From NCBI GenBank assembly GCA_049999805.1, contig JBNGIO010006379.1:189614-253613 (forward strand): a stretch of 64,000 nt of DNA, written 5' to 3'. The notes under the pieces were generated by a model. The model saw only the letters and a program-made list of their open reading frames with translations, was not told the DNA's origin and searched no databases. The stretch comes from Folioceros fuciformis. Lineage: Eukaryota. Each line of letters opens with the position of its first letter. Within the stretch, counting starts at the first letter, position 1. The translations under genes were made by a program, and so were the position numbers. Of the stretch, positions 15,852 to 27,967 are shown piece after piece.

Positions 15852-16429
15852 CGGTCCCAGGGTATATTGTTGCAATGTCCACAACCAGGACCCCCATGCA
15901 ATGAGCAAGTTGCGATCGAGCAAAGATTTTAGGGCGTTCATTATGCATCGTCATAGTCGTGGACGTTTGTAGTATGAGAGGCAGTATTTCGCCACGATTG
16001 GAGCGTTGGATGGCAGGAGAGATCCTGCAGAGGAGACTGTTGGCCAGATGGCGGCAAGTATCCAGGGCCTCCTTTTATTCAGCTAGATGGTGTGAGCAGG
16101 TACTTGATTTTCCAGGTGCTTGAGTGGATGGAAGCTGCAGTGGTTTTCATCATTGGTAATGCTTTTTGTCTTCTGGGCAAAACTTGGGTGCGGGCGTCCT
16201 GGCATGCTCAACTTGTGTTGGGTGGCAGTGCCAGCCAGGTTTGGAGGTGCAGGGCACGAGCGTGGAAGTGACAGTGGAAGTTGCTGAAAAAGAGGCTGGG
16301 GAGCAACCTCCCGCTGGGAATGCTGCTGTGCCACCATTAGGTTGTTTTCCAATGTCCCACTGTATTTCCTCCTTTTCGTAGGATAATGTTGCAGTGTTCT
16401 TTTGAAGTTGAATCTGTCTCTCTGTGCAG

Positions 16430-19108
16430 GGAAGAAGGTGAAAGCGAAGCTTGTTGCTCTTCAGGAGCAGGAGCATGGGCTGACAGCTAAGCATATACCA
16501 GAGTCAGCCTGGAGAGTGCTTCGTCGACTCAATAGTCTGGGTGAGGTTGTTTGGGAGTGTTCTGCCAGTCATGAACAGATCAGGTTGTTCAGGTCTTGGT
16601 CGCTTCTGTTCGCTCGTGTGAGCCCTTGCAATTTAGCTGTTGCATCTGGCTATCTGGATCAGGATATGAATCGTATCTGGTAGGAGGAAGCGTTCGAGAT
16701 TTGCTACTCAAGCAAGTTCCAAAGGATTTTGACGTGCTGTCTACAGCCAGTCCACGAGAGGTGTGTACCTTTATCCTTGCTGTCCATGTAGTGTTTGGAG
16801 GAAGCGGATCCAGCATTCGGTAATATTGGGTGCTGGTTTGCACTTTTTGATCCGCAGGTGCAGAGGGGCTTCCCACGCAAACCTTTGATTGTAGGAAAGC
16901 GGTTTCCGATATGCCTCATTCCTTCTGGCGGATCAGTTATTGAGGTAAGCACTTGGCTTACCTCACTAAAGAATGCTTTAGGCTGTCAATCATACGGCTC
17001 TATGTGACGCAGTCACGTTGTTTTTAATTTGTTGTTTCCCAGAAGCTGGAAATAACGTCTCCCATGATGTTGCAATAAAAGGTTTCAAGTTTCAGTACCA
17101 CGTTCAAGGCATTCGGGGGCTTTAGGCCTAGAATATCTGCTAGGAGACCAGAGCTTTTACAGGGGGTTGATGACTGGGATGAGGGTGATTTTGCTCGGTG
17201 GGAAAATTCCCAGAAACGTGATTTTACAGTTAATGGGTACCATTGCCCTCACTCGTCACAGCAAGTCTTTGGACTGCCCTGCTCTTTCATGAAAACGAAT
17301 CGATAACCTTGTTACTGAGGTGCATAGGGGAATGATCTTGCAGGCTCATGTATGACCCTTTTCAAAAAGTTGTGTATGATTACGTCGGTGGTCTCCAGGA
17401 TCTGAAGAAGCTCAAGGTATGAACGGGGCTCTGATTAATGGGGTTGGATCATTGAGGCTTTACATTTCAAATGTGGAGCTTGCATTTTGCCAGCTCATAC
17501 CGTAATTGTTTGCAAATAGACGGTAATGCGCACAGGTTTGGTTTTTTCATTTCCAGATACGAACTGTGATTCGCGCGAAAGATTCTTTTGCAGAAGACCC
17601 TGGTAAAGTTTTAGTTTGTCAGGTTGTATGTGCCAGCTTGTAAGGTGGGCTGGAAAGGAGAGTCCGGACTTTCTGTCCTTGAATAACAATGAATTCCATC
17701 TGAAGGAATGATCGTGGTGGTTTTGTCAGTAAGGATCCTGCGTGCAGTTCGTTTTGCTGCACGCCTTCAGTTTAGTGTATCTAGGGTCACAGAACAAGCA
17801 ATGCTAGCTCAGAAACACCTACTTTCCCAACTCTGTGGGGTAAGAGATCATTGCAGTGGGACTGTGTTTTGGTGCATGTACTTGGTGACACATAAAGCAT
17901 GCTTCCATTGATTCAGAAGATTGTTTTGTGGAAGGTACTGGCCAGTTATTGCATTCACTGTGTCATGTTTCGGCTGCAGGGGCGGCTGTTGTTGGAAGTT
18001 AATACTTTGATGGCGTATGGTGCTGCTGAACGGTCGTTTCGTTTGCTTTGGAGATATGGGATCCTGGAGTCTCTTTTTCCTCTCCATGTAGGTGGTTTGC
18101 TGTTCTGTCCGGTCCGTTCGGTGCTTATTCCTGTGCAGTGAAATGGCCACTCAAACTGCACTCAAGGCCTTGTGGTCATGCATCAGGCGCAGTATCTCAA
18201 GGCACAGAACTTCGCACGACAGGACCAAAATTCAAATCTTCTTCTGGTGGGGTTCTCATAATGTGGGTTGTCTAGTACGTAACTCCTGCAATTTTTTCTG
18301 ACTGGGGCTGATGACAGGACTTTCTGGCGAATATGGACAAAGTGTTTGGTCCTGATCGACGATGCCATGCATCTCTCTGGTAATGGTTTGTAGCGATCTT
18401 CTCGTTTGCTAGAACCTCAAGGGGCCTCGCTTGTTGGAAACTGGGAGGTGTGGAAGATCTTTAATTTGATTGAGCTTTCTGCAACATCGTGTCTGGTATC
18501 AGGACTACAGTGCTAGCATTCCATCTGGCTTTATCACGTGAAAGGAGGAGTCGTATCAGTGCTGCAGCGGTGGCTTTGGCCGTGTACCACAAGACAGGTT
18601 TGGTGGCTGGGGTGAGAAAAGCCAAGAGAATTAGCGAGAGACATCAAAGCAAGGATAATTCGTTTGTCCGCGACTCTGTTAGCAGTGAGCTTACTGTAGA
18701 AAGCTCTGATAGTGAGGCTGTGTCCGACTCCATAGTTGAGGAGGCTAAGCTATTGCTGGTACAGATGCACGACGTGATTAAAGACATGCGAGAGCATTCG
18801 CGAGACAAGGTTGGCTTCGGCTTGTATTATTGCAGGATCTTGAAGGCAGTAAACATTATCGGTCTTTAATTTGTTGGTGTGGGCTTCAACAGGTTATGTC
18901 ACGAGCTGTTTACAAGAAGGTAGAGGAGATCCTGCTGAGAGCAGCAAGCGATGTGAAATCTGGTGAAAATTGCCTTAAGAAGAAACGAGGGGACATCCGG
19001 GACGATGCCGACAGGATGAAAGCTGTCGCTGATGGGGACGTGGAGGAAGTCAGCTATGTGTTTTCACGCATTGTTCTCACGACGTTGTTCCCGACCACTT
19101 CTCGGTGA
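16430..19108 (+). CDS. Class II nucleotidyltransferase, bacterial-type poly(A) polymerase (PcnB-like) family, multi-exon; 5' exons upstream of 16430 unresolved
   Basis: YESYLVGGSVRDLLLKQVPKDFDV, IVGKRFPICLI, WENSQKRDFTVNG, LMYDPFQKVVYDYVGGLQDL, SFAEDP, RILRAVRFAARL and RLLLEVNTLMAYGAAERSFRLLWRYGIL. Confidence 0.85.
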
Positions 19109-19483
19109 TAAGAATCCGTGGGGTGTCTATCTAATAATGTTTCCAGCAAAAAGTGACAAATCCAGTGAAGTAAGCATGAACAGTCATAGGTGAATAGTCC
19201 TTGGGCAAAGGAAACCTTAGGAAGAGGTTTGAACAGTTCAACGAAGACAGTTCCAAGGTCTGTTCAAGCACAGTCTCTCCGTGGGCAAAGGAACCCTCCG
19301 GACCAAGCAACGCTCTCACAAGTCTTGCCGTGGGCACACTCTCTCGTGCCTGGACAAGAATTACTAAAATCCGTGCCTCGTCCGCAAGCGTCTTGAGGGA
19401 ACGTCGATGAAGGGCCAGTTAAGCAAAGAGGTACCAATCCAGGTCAAGGGGAGTAGTTGGACTGTTGGATGGCCGACGACAGT

Positions 19484-20811
19484 CTATGGGGGTGACCTTT
19501 GATGTTGTCTCAGTATCTGTTTCTTCATACGTGACGCGGCCAGCACGCTAACGATTCTCATAGGAAGGAAAAGCAAAGTTTCAAGGCAGGCTCTCACAAC
19601 GCCATCTGGAGGCATAAACCCTCTGGCTAGGACAATAAGGAGGTGTCCTAAGGGTTCGTTGGTGACCAAAAACCGCCCTTGTTTGACTGCTCTTACTATC
19701 AGCTCAGCCACATGCTCTGGTGTATCGGCTCTTTTCCTGTCATATTTGCTGACTTTCGACATAATCATCTTCACATTTGGATCCTTCTCAGCTACAAACA
19801 GGAAGACGGAGGACTATCGTCACTGTTCAGTTGTAAATCATTGAAATGCAGATGCTGGAGCCAAAGCAGAGGTTTGGTTACACTACCTTCGTCTAGGAAT
19901 GGGGTCTCAATGAATCCAGGGCAGATTAAGCTCACTCGTATGTCGTAAGGAACAAGCTCCAGCCTCAAACACTCTGCGTAACCTTTCAGTGCGTACTTCG
20001 ATGCAGTGTAGACACCATGACCGTACATACAGAACTGCACCAACGGGCAGTGTGCAGTAATTTGTCAGCCTATAGATGCGGACGCTGCGCTCCGTGCCTC
20101 AGCAACTGGCCAAGTTTCTAAAAGCCGAAAATCATGATCGTGACGAATAAGCAAGCACTAAAGGACTGACAAGTACAAAAATGCTCACCATTGACGCCAG
20201 AGACCCTACGATGACGATAGATGAAGGGTGGTCATGGCAACGAGCTTTCATCATCGGGAGCGCTGCTTTAACGGAGTAAATAACTCCGAGAATGTTTGTA
20301 GAAATAATAGCGTCAGCATCCTCCTTGGTTATTTCGTCTAGGAATCCACCTCTGGTCATTCCAGCATTGCATATTAACACATCAATAGGAACCTCGTTAA
20401 TGGCGGCCTCCATTCTAGCAAAGTCGCATACATCCAATCCCTGCAGGAAGTGCATCAAGGTTCAGCAAGCGGAACTATTGTTGAACCGTGGCAAGTTCAA
20501 ACAACAGGGGAAAAGCAAGGTGACGAACGGAGAACCTTGATTGTTATGGTCTGAGATAGCAAGGCGGACTGTTGGACGAGGCCGCGTTTGGCGCGGACGG
20601 ATATCAAGAAAGCTTCTGCTTCAATCAACTTCTTCTCGCTCCGGCCAGTGATAGTGACAGAACCACCGCCAGCTATGACCTTCTCGGCCAGCGCAAGTCC
20701 TAATCCAGTTGATCCGCCTGTTATGAACACATGCTTTCCTTGCAAATTCTTAATATGCAACTTGCGCGTGGGAAAAAGATTTTGAAAGAACTGAGGGACT
20801 GTTGCTGCCAT
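19484..20811 (-). CDS. TSC10: 3-ketodihydrosphingosine reductase-like SDR (TSC10/KDSR family), copy 2, multi-exon
   Basis: GKHVFITGGSTGLGLALA, PIDVLICNAG, YGHGVYTASKYALKGYAECLRLEL and SLICPGFIETPFLDE. The start is uncertain: first in-frame ATG is 20811, and a possible upstream exon has a donor near 21175. Confidence 0.8.
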
Positions 20812-22448
20812 TATCCAAGCTCCCAATATACTGCGACTCCACGAGCACTAGAAAAATCTCCAACAAGGTTCGTCTGCGTTCACCTTCCGACTTCCGGGGT
20901 GTACAATCTGCAATCGTCAACGCAACACACGGCGTCCGTGTGAGTCTCAACGGGCAATAAGGCAAGCAAATGATGCAAGAATCACAACTCGCCAAGTGTC
21001 GTCTCCGGATGGCAATTTGCTCCTGCATCCTTCCGCGTCTAGATCTGCAAACTACCAGCCCGCAACCCGAAGGCCCCGCGCCATACTCTCCTCGCCGCTC
21101 CGAAATAATGCAGCAAAGCAAAGCGTAACCAATTCCTCTCTCGGACTGCGACTGGGGCTACACAGCGCTTACCTGCAAGCCTACGCGTCAGACGCGATCA
21201 CCAGATAGCGTCGCGCGAGGATCCGATGACGACGAGGAGCGCCGGCATCAAGACAGATTCCGCAATTGCGGGATGCCTCTGCCTGCAGCGTCGCGAGGCA
21301 ATTGATCTCCACTCCTCGAACGAAATTGGCAATGAATGACAGGTCGCTTTTGGAGCGTGGCGGGAGGCGGAAGTTGGTAAGGGAGCACCTGTTAAGCCGG
21401 TGGCCACCTACGTAACATGCCAGCCGTCTCCAGAACATTTATGTCGTAAAGACCATTCTGGTGGGCAGCGTGTTTTGGATGAGCTCACGGATTGAGAGGG
21501 ACGGACTCGTACATACAACGTTTAAATTCCCCTTTTAAAGTGTGTAATTGACCAACCAAGCTCCAGCATGTTCGTTTGTCTTACGCCAAAATACACACAC
21601 GTCTAAAACACGTCGCCGTTAAACATTTATGTTCAGAGGATGGGGAGAGGCCAGCCTATGTGTATATCGGTTGTAGGTTCCAATGCTTGTAAGATGGAAT
21701 CTAGAAACCATCTATTCTAAAAAAAACAAAGGGAGAGTAATCCAATGCTAAGCACATCTTTCACACTCTCAATATGGTGACAGAAGGGATGCAAATCTTG
21801 CATGAAATGATAAGTCTTGTGAACGACGCCCATTCCACATCTTTGCACTACCAAAGACAAAGAGTAAGGCTAACATGCTTGGAGGTACTATCCCAAGTGA
21901 AGTCTATAGGAAGATCGACCATGAGCAAGACTCCATTGAGTAAGATGTAACAGTGCTTCCTCAACATAAGAAACCCACCTTCAATAGCCACACAAAACAT
22001 AAGGATACATTGACCAAGTTACTTCAACTCCCCTTCTTGATGACAAATAGCTTGTGAAGTTGAAGCAAGCTAATTCATCCTCCAAATCATCCATATTCAT
22101 TGCTAGTTTGTTCAAGTTCCTTGTGAATGAAAAATTAGAATCAAGAACTAAAGGACAAAGTCCTTTGGGATAAACACTAACCCAAATCAACAATCTATTC
22201 TAGCCTAGCCATCAACCATGGGGTCACCATGCTACAATTGATCAAGGTTGTCATGTGATTGATCATGTAGTTATCCATCATAATTGAATTTAACGTATCC
22301 TACTTTTGTTACTCTTCTTCCCAAGCACAGCCCAGTTAGAAATGCCATGTTATGGCATGGCTGTAGATCTCCCCACATAAGTCGATTATCTTATGTGTGA
22401 ATTAATTATAAGATCTATACAAACAGTTTGATCATCCTCTTCGAACAT

Positions 22449-23156
22449 TCAATTGAGAAGCCAGTCTAGTAGTAGGAACATATGGACAAGTACAATGATC
22501 ATATTTATCATTGTTAAGTTCAATATAACATGCCACATCCGTCTAAGTTGAAGTCTGAATTGTCTCGGGTCACGCCATTCTTCGACATAAGTATGTTCTT
22601 CGTTAGTGACGAGGGCATTAATGAGTGCACGATCACTTGCACTTTCTCCAGCAGGGGCAAGAGCATGAGTGAGTAAGGAAAGCCCATTGGTAAACTGGTT
22701 GATTAACCAAGACAATAATCTCCCCACGAAAGAAGATGCATAAGATAGCATATTAATCACTACATCCTTTGTGTTGAGCACAGCGATTAGAATATGAAGT
22801 ATTACAATCATGGTGACTTCGTAGTAGATTTTTATTTGAATTCGGAGTCGCTCCACTCGATGCAGAAAGTCATCATGCTTCCTATCGTTTGGACGAAGTG
22901 TGCCAGTACATAAAGCAACCACATAGAGGATGCAGGATACTGCGGTCCTTGAAAGAGTGACCAAGAATTTCAATCGAGTCCAGAACCCCATGGCAAACCA
23001 AATCCAAGTTACGGTAAAAAATATCATGGACTTGGTAATCTCGTAGAAGAGTTTCAATTGAGCCCAAACTCCTTCTGCATTTTGTTTTAGATCTTCCATG
23101 AAGGAATCACAATGCGATATATAGAACTGAAGAATAGTTGGCCGGAAACAATCCAA
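22449..23156 (-). CDS. Uncharacterised hydrophobic ORF (~235 codons), no recognisable family
   Basis: Uninterrupted 700-bp frame in AT-rich DNA with several hydrophobic segments and internal repeats. The ORF call starts at TTG; the first ATG is MEDLKQ. Confidence 0.35.
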   Translation of the reverse strand: MDCFRPTILQFYISHCDSFMEDLKQNAEGVWAQLKLFYEITKSMIFFTVTWIWFAMGFWTRLKFLVTLSRTAVSCILYVVALCTGTLRPNDRKHDDFLHRVERLRIQIKIYYEVTMIVILHILIAVLNTKDVVINMLSYASSFVGRLLSWLINQFTNGLSLLTHALAPAGESASDRALINALVTNEEHTYVEEWRDPRQFRLQLRRMWHVILNLTMINMIIVLVHMFLLLDWLLN

Positions 23157-24091
23157 GGTTAGAAGACTCCAATCTTGCTGGTCTATAGCTTTTGTTGCAG
23201 AAACACTAAGGAAGGTTGGCCTACTGGTCTAGAGCTTTTGCTGCATATACACCAAGGAAAGTGGGGCTCAAAGAGTTTTTCAAGGTGGAGAGATGAATTG
23301 CAAGGCAATTTGGTCTAGAGCATTGCAATGTCATGGCTAATGAAGGTTGGATTAAAGAGTCTATGTGAGATCAAGCGACTGGAGGTCCCCTGAGCTTATG
23401 TATAGCTGTTGGCTTTATGCTTCTAATGCTATTGGCTTTTCGTTTCTACAACTGTTGGCGTTTTATTTCTAGATTGGTTGGAAAGACAACTTGCTTTCAT
23501 TGCCGACACTAATGATTTATTATTTTATTGATTTAAATTTATTTATTAGATCTGTATGGGCATAGATCTTGGTTTTTAAGAGCTTAGAATGAAAGGAAGT
23601 CTTAGGAGCTTAAGATCAAACAAACAGGCTCACGCGTTGGACAATACACCTTGGGAGTGATAGGAAGACCCATTGGGATACAGAGTGCGTACGCCAAAAT
23701 GATGCGTTTTAGAGTTAATGACACGTTTGTAAAAGCCACACAAAGATATCTCAAAATTAGTCAGGTACAATGCACACGAGAGTGTGTAAGCCTGAATGCT
23801 TGTTCAAGACTTTCAGAAATCAAGCCTAAAGGTCCACCGAAATCTAATTCCGACACGGACAGATTGTGATGACAAACTGCCCGAGGCAAATACCAACTAT
23901 CCTATGGCACTACAGCTCATCTCTGGACTAACTTCGGCGCCACTGAACGTCTTAACAGAGTGCTCTTGGACCAGCCTTCAAGACTTCCGTGTGTTTTTCC
24001 GGCGCTTAGACACTGCATAAGCAGTTAACTTATATGTCTCAACAGAATTATCAATGTCACTCATGACAAATGTGTATGAGCAAAACCTCCA

Positions 24092-25876
24092 CTAGTTCAC
24101 ACCCAGACCACTCATCTGGCTTTCCAAGACGCCGTCTTCTGTATTGTCCTCCGACTCATCTGCATCTATACCTTCAGCATCCTCATCATTCTCTGCTTCC
24201 TCTTCCTCATTCTCGTCCAAGGAGCCAAGCACTGACACTCCCGAGACGCCCTTTGCCAGCTCGTCACGCAGAGCCTCTATACCTGCCTCTGAAATTTGAT
24301 TGCCATCCAAGTTCAGGGACTTGAAATGTTGCTTGTTAGCAACAGCTTGCGCCGCTGCAACCGCTCCGGCCCTTTGAAGAGAGTTCGTGCTGAGATCTAG
24401 CTCCTTGAAATTCTCACTGCCATTGAGCAGGGCCTTGCAGATGATCACTGCTCCCTTATCCTTCAGTTCGTTCTCTGCAAGGTTCAGTCTAATAAGGTGT
24501 CTCTTACTTGAAATACAACTGGCCAGAGAGTTTGCTGACTTGTGCGTGATCTCATTACTGCTGAGTTCCAAGACAGCGAGATTGGGGGCCGTGGAGGCCA
24601 GAGCTTCAGTGATGGCAATGACACCCTCGTCTTCCAAAGCCAGTTCACTTAGGTACGCCTCTCGCAACTCCGCATGAGACCTCAAGGTCTTGGACAGAGC
24701 AAGACCACCTTCCGGACCGAACATGTTATCTCTCAAGTCCAGCTTCAGGAGACTCCTGCCGGACTGTAGAGCTTCGACCAACGCTATCCCACCCTCGATG
24801 CTCAACCTGGTGGAAGAAAATTTGAAGTCTTCGAGGCGGGATGCACCACTCACAAGCTCGGCAAGAATCAAGCCCCCTTCATCACCAGTCATGTTATTGT
24901 GGAAATGGACCTTCCTCAGCTTCTCGTACACCGGGATGAGCTCGCAAATAGCCCTGGCAGCGTGCTCTGAGATTCCATTGTTCATGAAATAAATCTCCTG
25001 CAGAGCCTTCTGCGACTTGAGAAGAGAACCAAAAGCCCGAACCCCTTTCTCCCCCAAAGCATTGTCCGAGACGTTGAGTGACCTAAGCTCACTCCCTACC
25101 AGAGCATCGGAAAACATACCCATGACTGCCAACGCATCGGCTTCCGACTGCCCTGCCACAATATCAGCCAGATTGACATCCACCAGCTGGCCCTTTATGG
25201 CTCCTAGAACTTTAGCAGCTACCTCTCCCGCTGCCCTGTCGAAGCTGAGATTGCTGAAACATATGCTGGAATACCTATTTCCAGGCTCCGTCAAAGGTTT
25301 CAGCACCTCCAGTGCCTGATCTCCTTTCACAAAAGCCCTCTTTCCCCCAGACCCTGCCGCATTGAAAAAGGTAGGGCCCCCTCCACCACTGACCTCCTCC
25401 GCAAATCCGACTCGCCGCACGACAGCCTTTGCCTGCACCTGCGCCTGCCCATTAGACAGAAACTCCGTCTCCGTGCCCCTGTCCACCTGCACAACCACGC
25501 CATTACACTGACCTTCCAATCCGCCCACACCACCAGACTTGGCCACCTCGCCATCCTTCCCCACCACAGGCTTCGACTTGACGGCCTCCAGCATGAGCGA
25601 GCTGGCCCGCTTCGCGTACAGCTGCACGACCGCCGTATCGCTGCTCCCAATCTGCGCAGCTGCTTCTTGCTCCGCGAACGCAAATGCCTCGTTCTCTATC
25701 CTCTTGGCGTGCTCCAGGGCCTCGTCCGGGCTCAGCGCCACATACCTGTCAGTGCCCAGGGAAAATGTGCACAGATTGGTCGACATTCGCTCCACCAAAT
25801 TTGACCGAGTGCTCTCGCTCGGAGGCCAAAGCTTGAAAGCGTGCTCGTGCCCCGCCGCATCCCTTCCCGCCGCCAT
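24092..25876 (-). CDS. RanGAP: Plant Ran GTPase-activating protein (WPP domain + LRRs + acidic tail), intronless CDS
   Basis: FKLWPPSESTR WPP motif, LRRs such as LNVSDNALGEKGVRAFGSLLKSQ and LDLRDNMFG, acidic C-terminus. First ATG at 25876. Confidence 0.95.
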   Translation of the reverse strand: MAAGRDAAGHEHAFKLWPPSESTRSNLVERMSTNLCTFSLGTDRYVALSPDEALEHAKRIENEAFAFAEQEAAAQIGSSDTAVVQLYAKRASSLMLEAVKSKPVVGKDGEVAKSGGVGGLEGQCNGVVVQVDRGTETEFLSNGQAQVQAKAVVRRVGFAEEVSGGGGPTFFNAAGSGGKRAFVKGDQALEVLKPLTEPGNRYSSICFSNLSFDRAAGEVAAKVLGAIKGQLVDVNLADIVAGQSEADALAVMGMFSDALVGSELRSLNVSDNALGEKGVRAFGSLLKSQKALQEIYFMNNGISEHAARAICELIPVYEKLRKVHFHNNMTGDEGGLILAELVSGASRLEDFKFSSTRLSIEGGIALVEALQSGRSLLKLDLRDNMFGPEGGLALSKTLRSHAELREAYLSELALEDEGVIAITEALASTAPNLAVLELSSNEITHKSANSLASCISSKRHLIRLNLAENELKDKGAVIICKALLNGSENFKELDLSTNSLQRAGAVAAAQAVANKQHFKSLNLDGNQISEAGIEALRDELAKGVSGVSVLGSLDENEEEEAENDEDAEGIDADESEDNTEDGVLESQMSGLGVN

Positions 25877-26204
25877 GGTGCCCCAACCCAGCGGCGCTCT
25901 GCGCACCACCAGCTGCTCAGGCCTCCCACATCCTTCCCCAAAGCTTCATCTCGTCTCGCGGCTCCAGGCCCTGGCCACCCGCGACACCAAACCCTGCCTC
26001 GCCTCACGCCGCGACCTCAACACCATCACTACCCCCTTCTTAGCCTCGTCGCTCCTTTTAAAGCTTTGAATGCACAGGAAAGCGGGAAGTTGCTGCGAAC
26101 GTTCCCCCTTCCACTGAAAAATCCAACCCCTAATTGCACCAGCGCCCGTCGGTGCGCAAGTGTTTAGAGTCTTGCGATGTGTCTGAGAATCAGCATTGCA
26201 TGTC

Positions 26205-27631
26205 ATGGCCTGCCGGATGTCTCATGTTGTGGCCACAACGCAGCAATGCGGGGCCGATCACAGGACGTTGAAATGTGCTCACGTGCAATTGCAACGGAGA
26301 CAGCCGAGGGCCGTCTTGCGAGTGAGCTGTCAACTGTCTCCAGCCGGTTCCGGAGGTGCTGCACATAGTTTGCAGGAAGAGCTGGCGCTGAGATCCGGAG
26401 TCGGAGCTGAGGCACTGGAGCCGGAGCAATCGCCTTCTGCATTCACACCACGGCAAGTGGCTGTTTTTTGGGATTTAGACAATAAGCCTCCCAAGAACAT
26501 ACCGCCTTACGATGCTGCGCTGCATCTGACGAATTTGGCGTCTGGTATGCTCCTGCTGCTGTGAAGGGAAGGGTGGTGTGTTTGTGGATGTTTCTGTTTG
26601 TTGGTAACAGAGTTGTTGGGTGTTGCAGGGTTCGGAGAGGTGGTGGATGTTGTAGCGTATGCGAATCGGCACGCGTTCAGTTTTGTTCCGGAATGGGTGA
26701 GGGAGCAGAGGAGGGACCGGAAGAGGCTTGATCAGCTGGAAGTGAAGGGGTTGGTGCAGGTGGCGGAGCCCTATGTCTGTTCCCTGTGTGGAAGGAAATG
26801 CAGGAACAACTTGCTTTTGAAGAAGCACTTCAAACAGCTGCACGAGCGGGAACGGAATAAGAGATTAAGTCGATTGGACCAATTGAAGGGGAAGAAGCGG
26901 GTCAAGTTTCGGGAGAAACATGCAGATCGGGAGGTTCGGTACAAGGAAGCTGCCCGAGGTATCATCATGCCCAAGGTGGGCTACGGACTGGCAACTGAGC
27001 TCAGGAGGGCTGGTGTTTTTGTGAGAACTGTGCAGGACCAACCGCAGGTGAGCAGTCTCATCCTTTTTCTTTTTGTTGGAGTGGGTACAACGTTCTTCGG
27101 CTGAGTAGTGACGGAACTTGATTGCAGGCTGCAGACATCGCTCTGAAGCGGCACATGCTTCAGTCCTTCAGGCAGGGTGTGAGGTGTATATGCCTCGTGT
27201 CTGATGATTCGGATTTTGGAGACATTCTGAAGATGGCTCGGTATCAGAAGCTGCGGACTGTTGTGGTGGGTGACACGAAAACTTTGAAAAGCTCTTCAGA
27301 CATGTGGTTTTCGTGGGATGATGTATCTTCAGGCCGAGCACGGCTTCAGGCCAATGAAGACTCTGAACAATGGGCTAATGAAGATGCTCTTGCCAAGGAC
27401 CTGCTTGACGATGAGTTTCTAGATGACAGGGATGCAGTCGAGATCAGGCTGAAGGAAAGGTTTGGCAGAACCGATGACTTAAGCTACAGTGTGCCTATTA
27501 GGGTCTCCCAAGTTTCAGCATTTTCTGATGAAGACGCTCAAGATGCCAGTCCATATTCTTGGGAAACAGCATCTGATTCGGATGATGATTTATACTACTC
27601 TTCGGATGAGATTTCAGACGAAGAGGAATGA
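26205..27631 (+). CDS. NYN-domain protein with an inserted C2H2 zinc finger, 3 exons
   Basis: VAVFWDLDNKPP, AYANRHAF, YVCSLCGRKC...LKKHFKQLHERE, PKVGYGLATELRRAGVFVRTV and LVSDDSDF (NYN acidic motifs). Confidence 0.85.
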
Positions 27632-27967
27632 AAGGCGTGTTGTACTCTGGATGAACCGATTCCGTTGGACCTTGCTCGCAGCGAAGGAAGCTCTGAGCCA
27701 ATGTTCAGGATCTAACAATGGAAGTCCTGTTTATCACGACCAAATATACAAGACTTTATCATGACAAAAGGGTTGACTGTCAGTGCCTCGTCATATTGAA
27801 GGGCGTGCGCGTGGTCCAGTGTGTCACACATTGTGCCGACGACATCCGGTGGTTTTGAGGAGAAGTGCATCCCTTGCCTTCTGAGGGTGAGGTTTCGGGG
27901 CCAGTGACTTGAGCTTTCCATAAAGTTTACAGCAGGCCTCGTCGCCAGCAGACAGTATCGCATGCCC

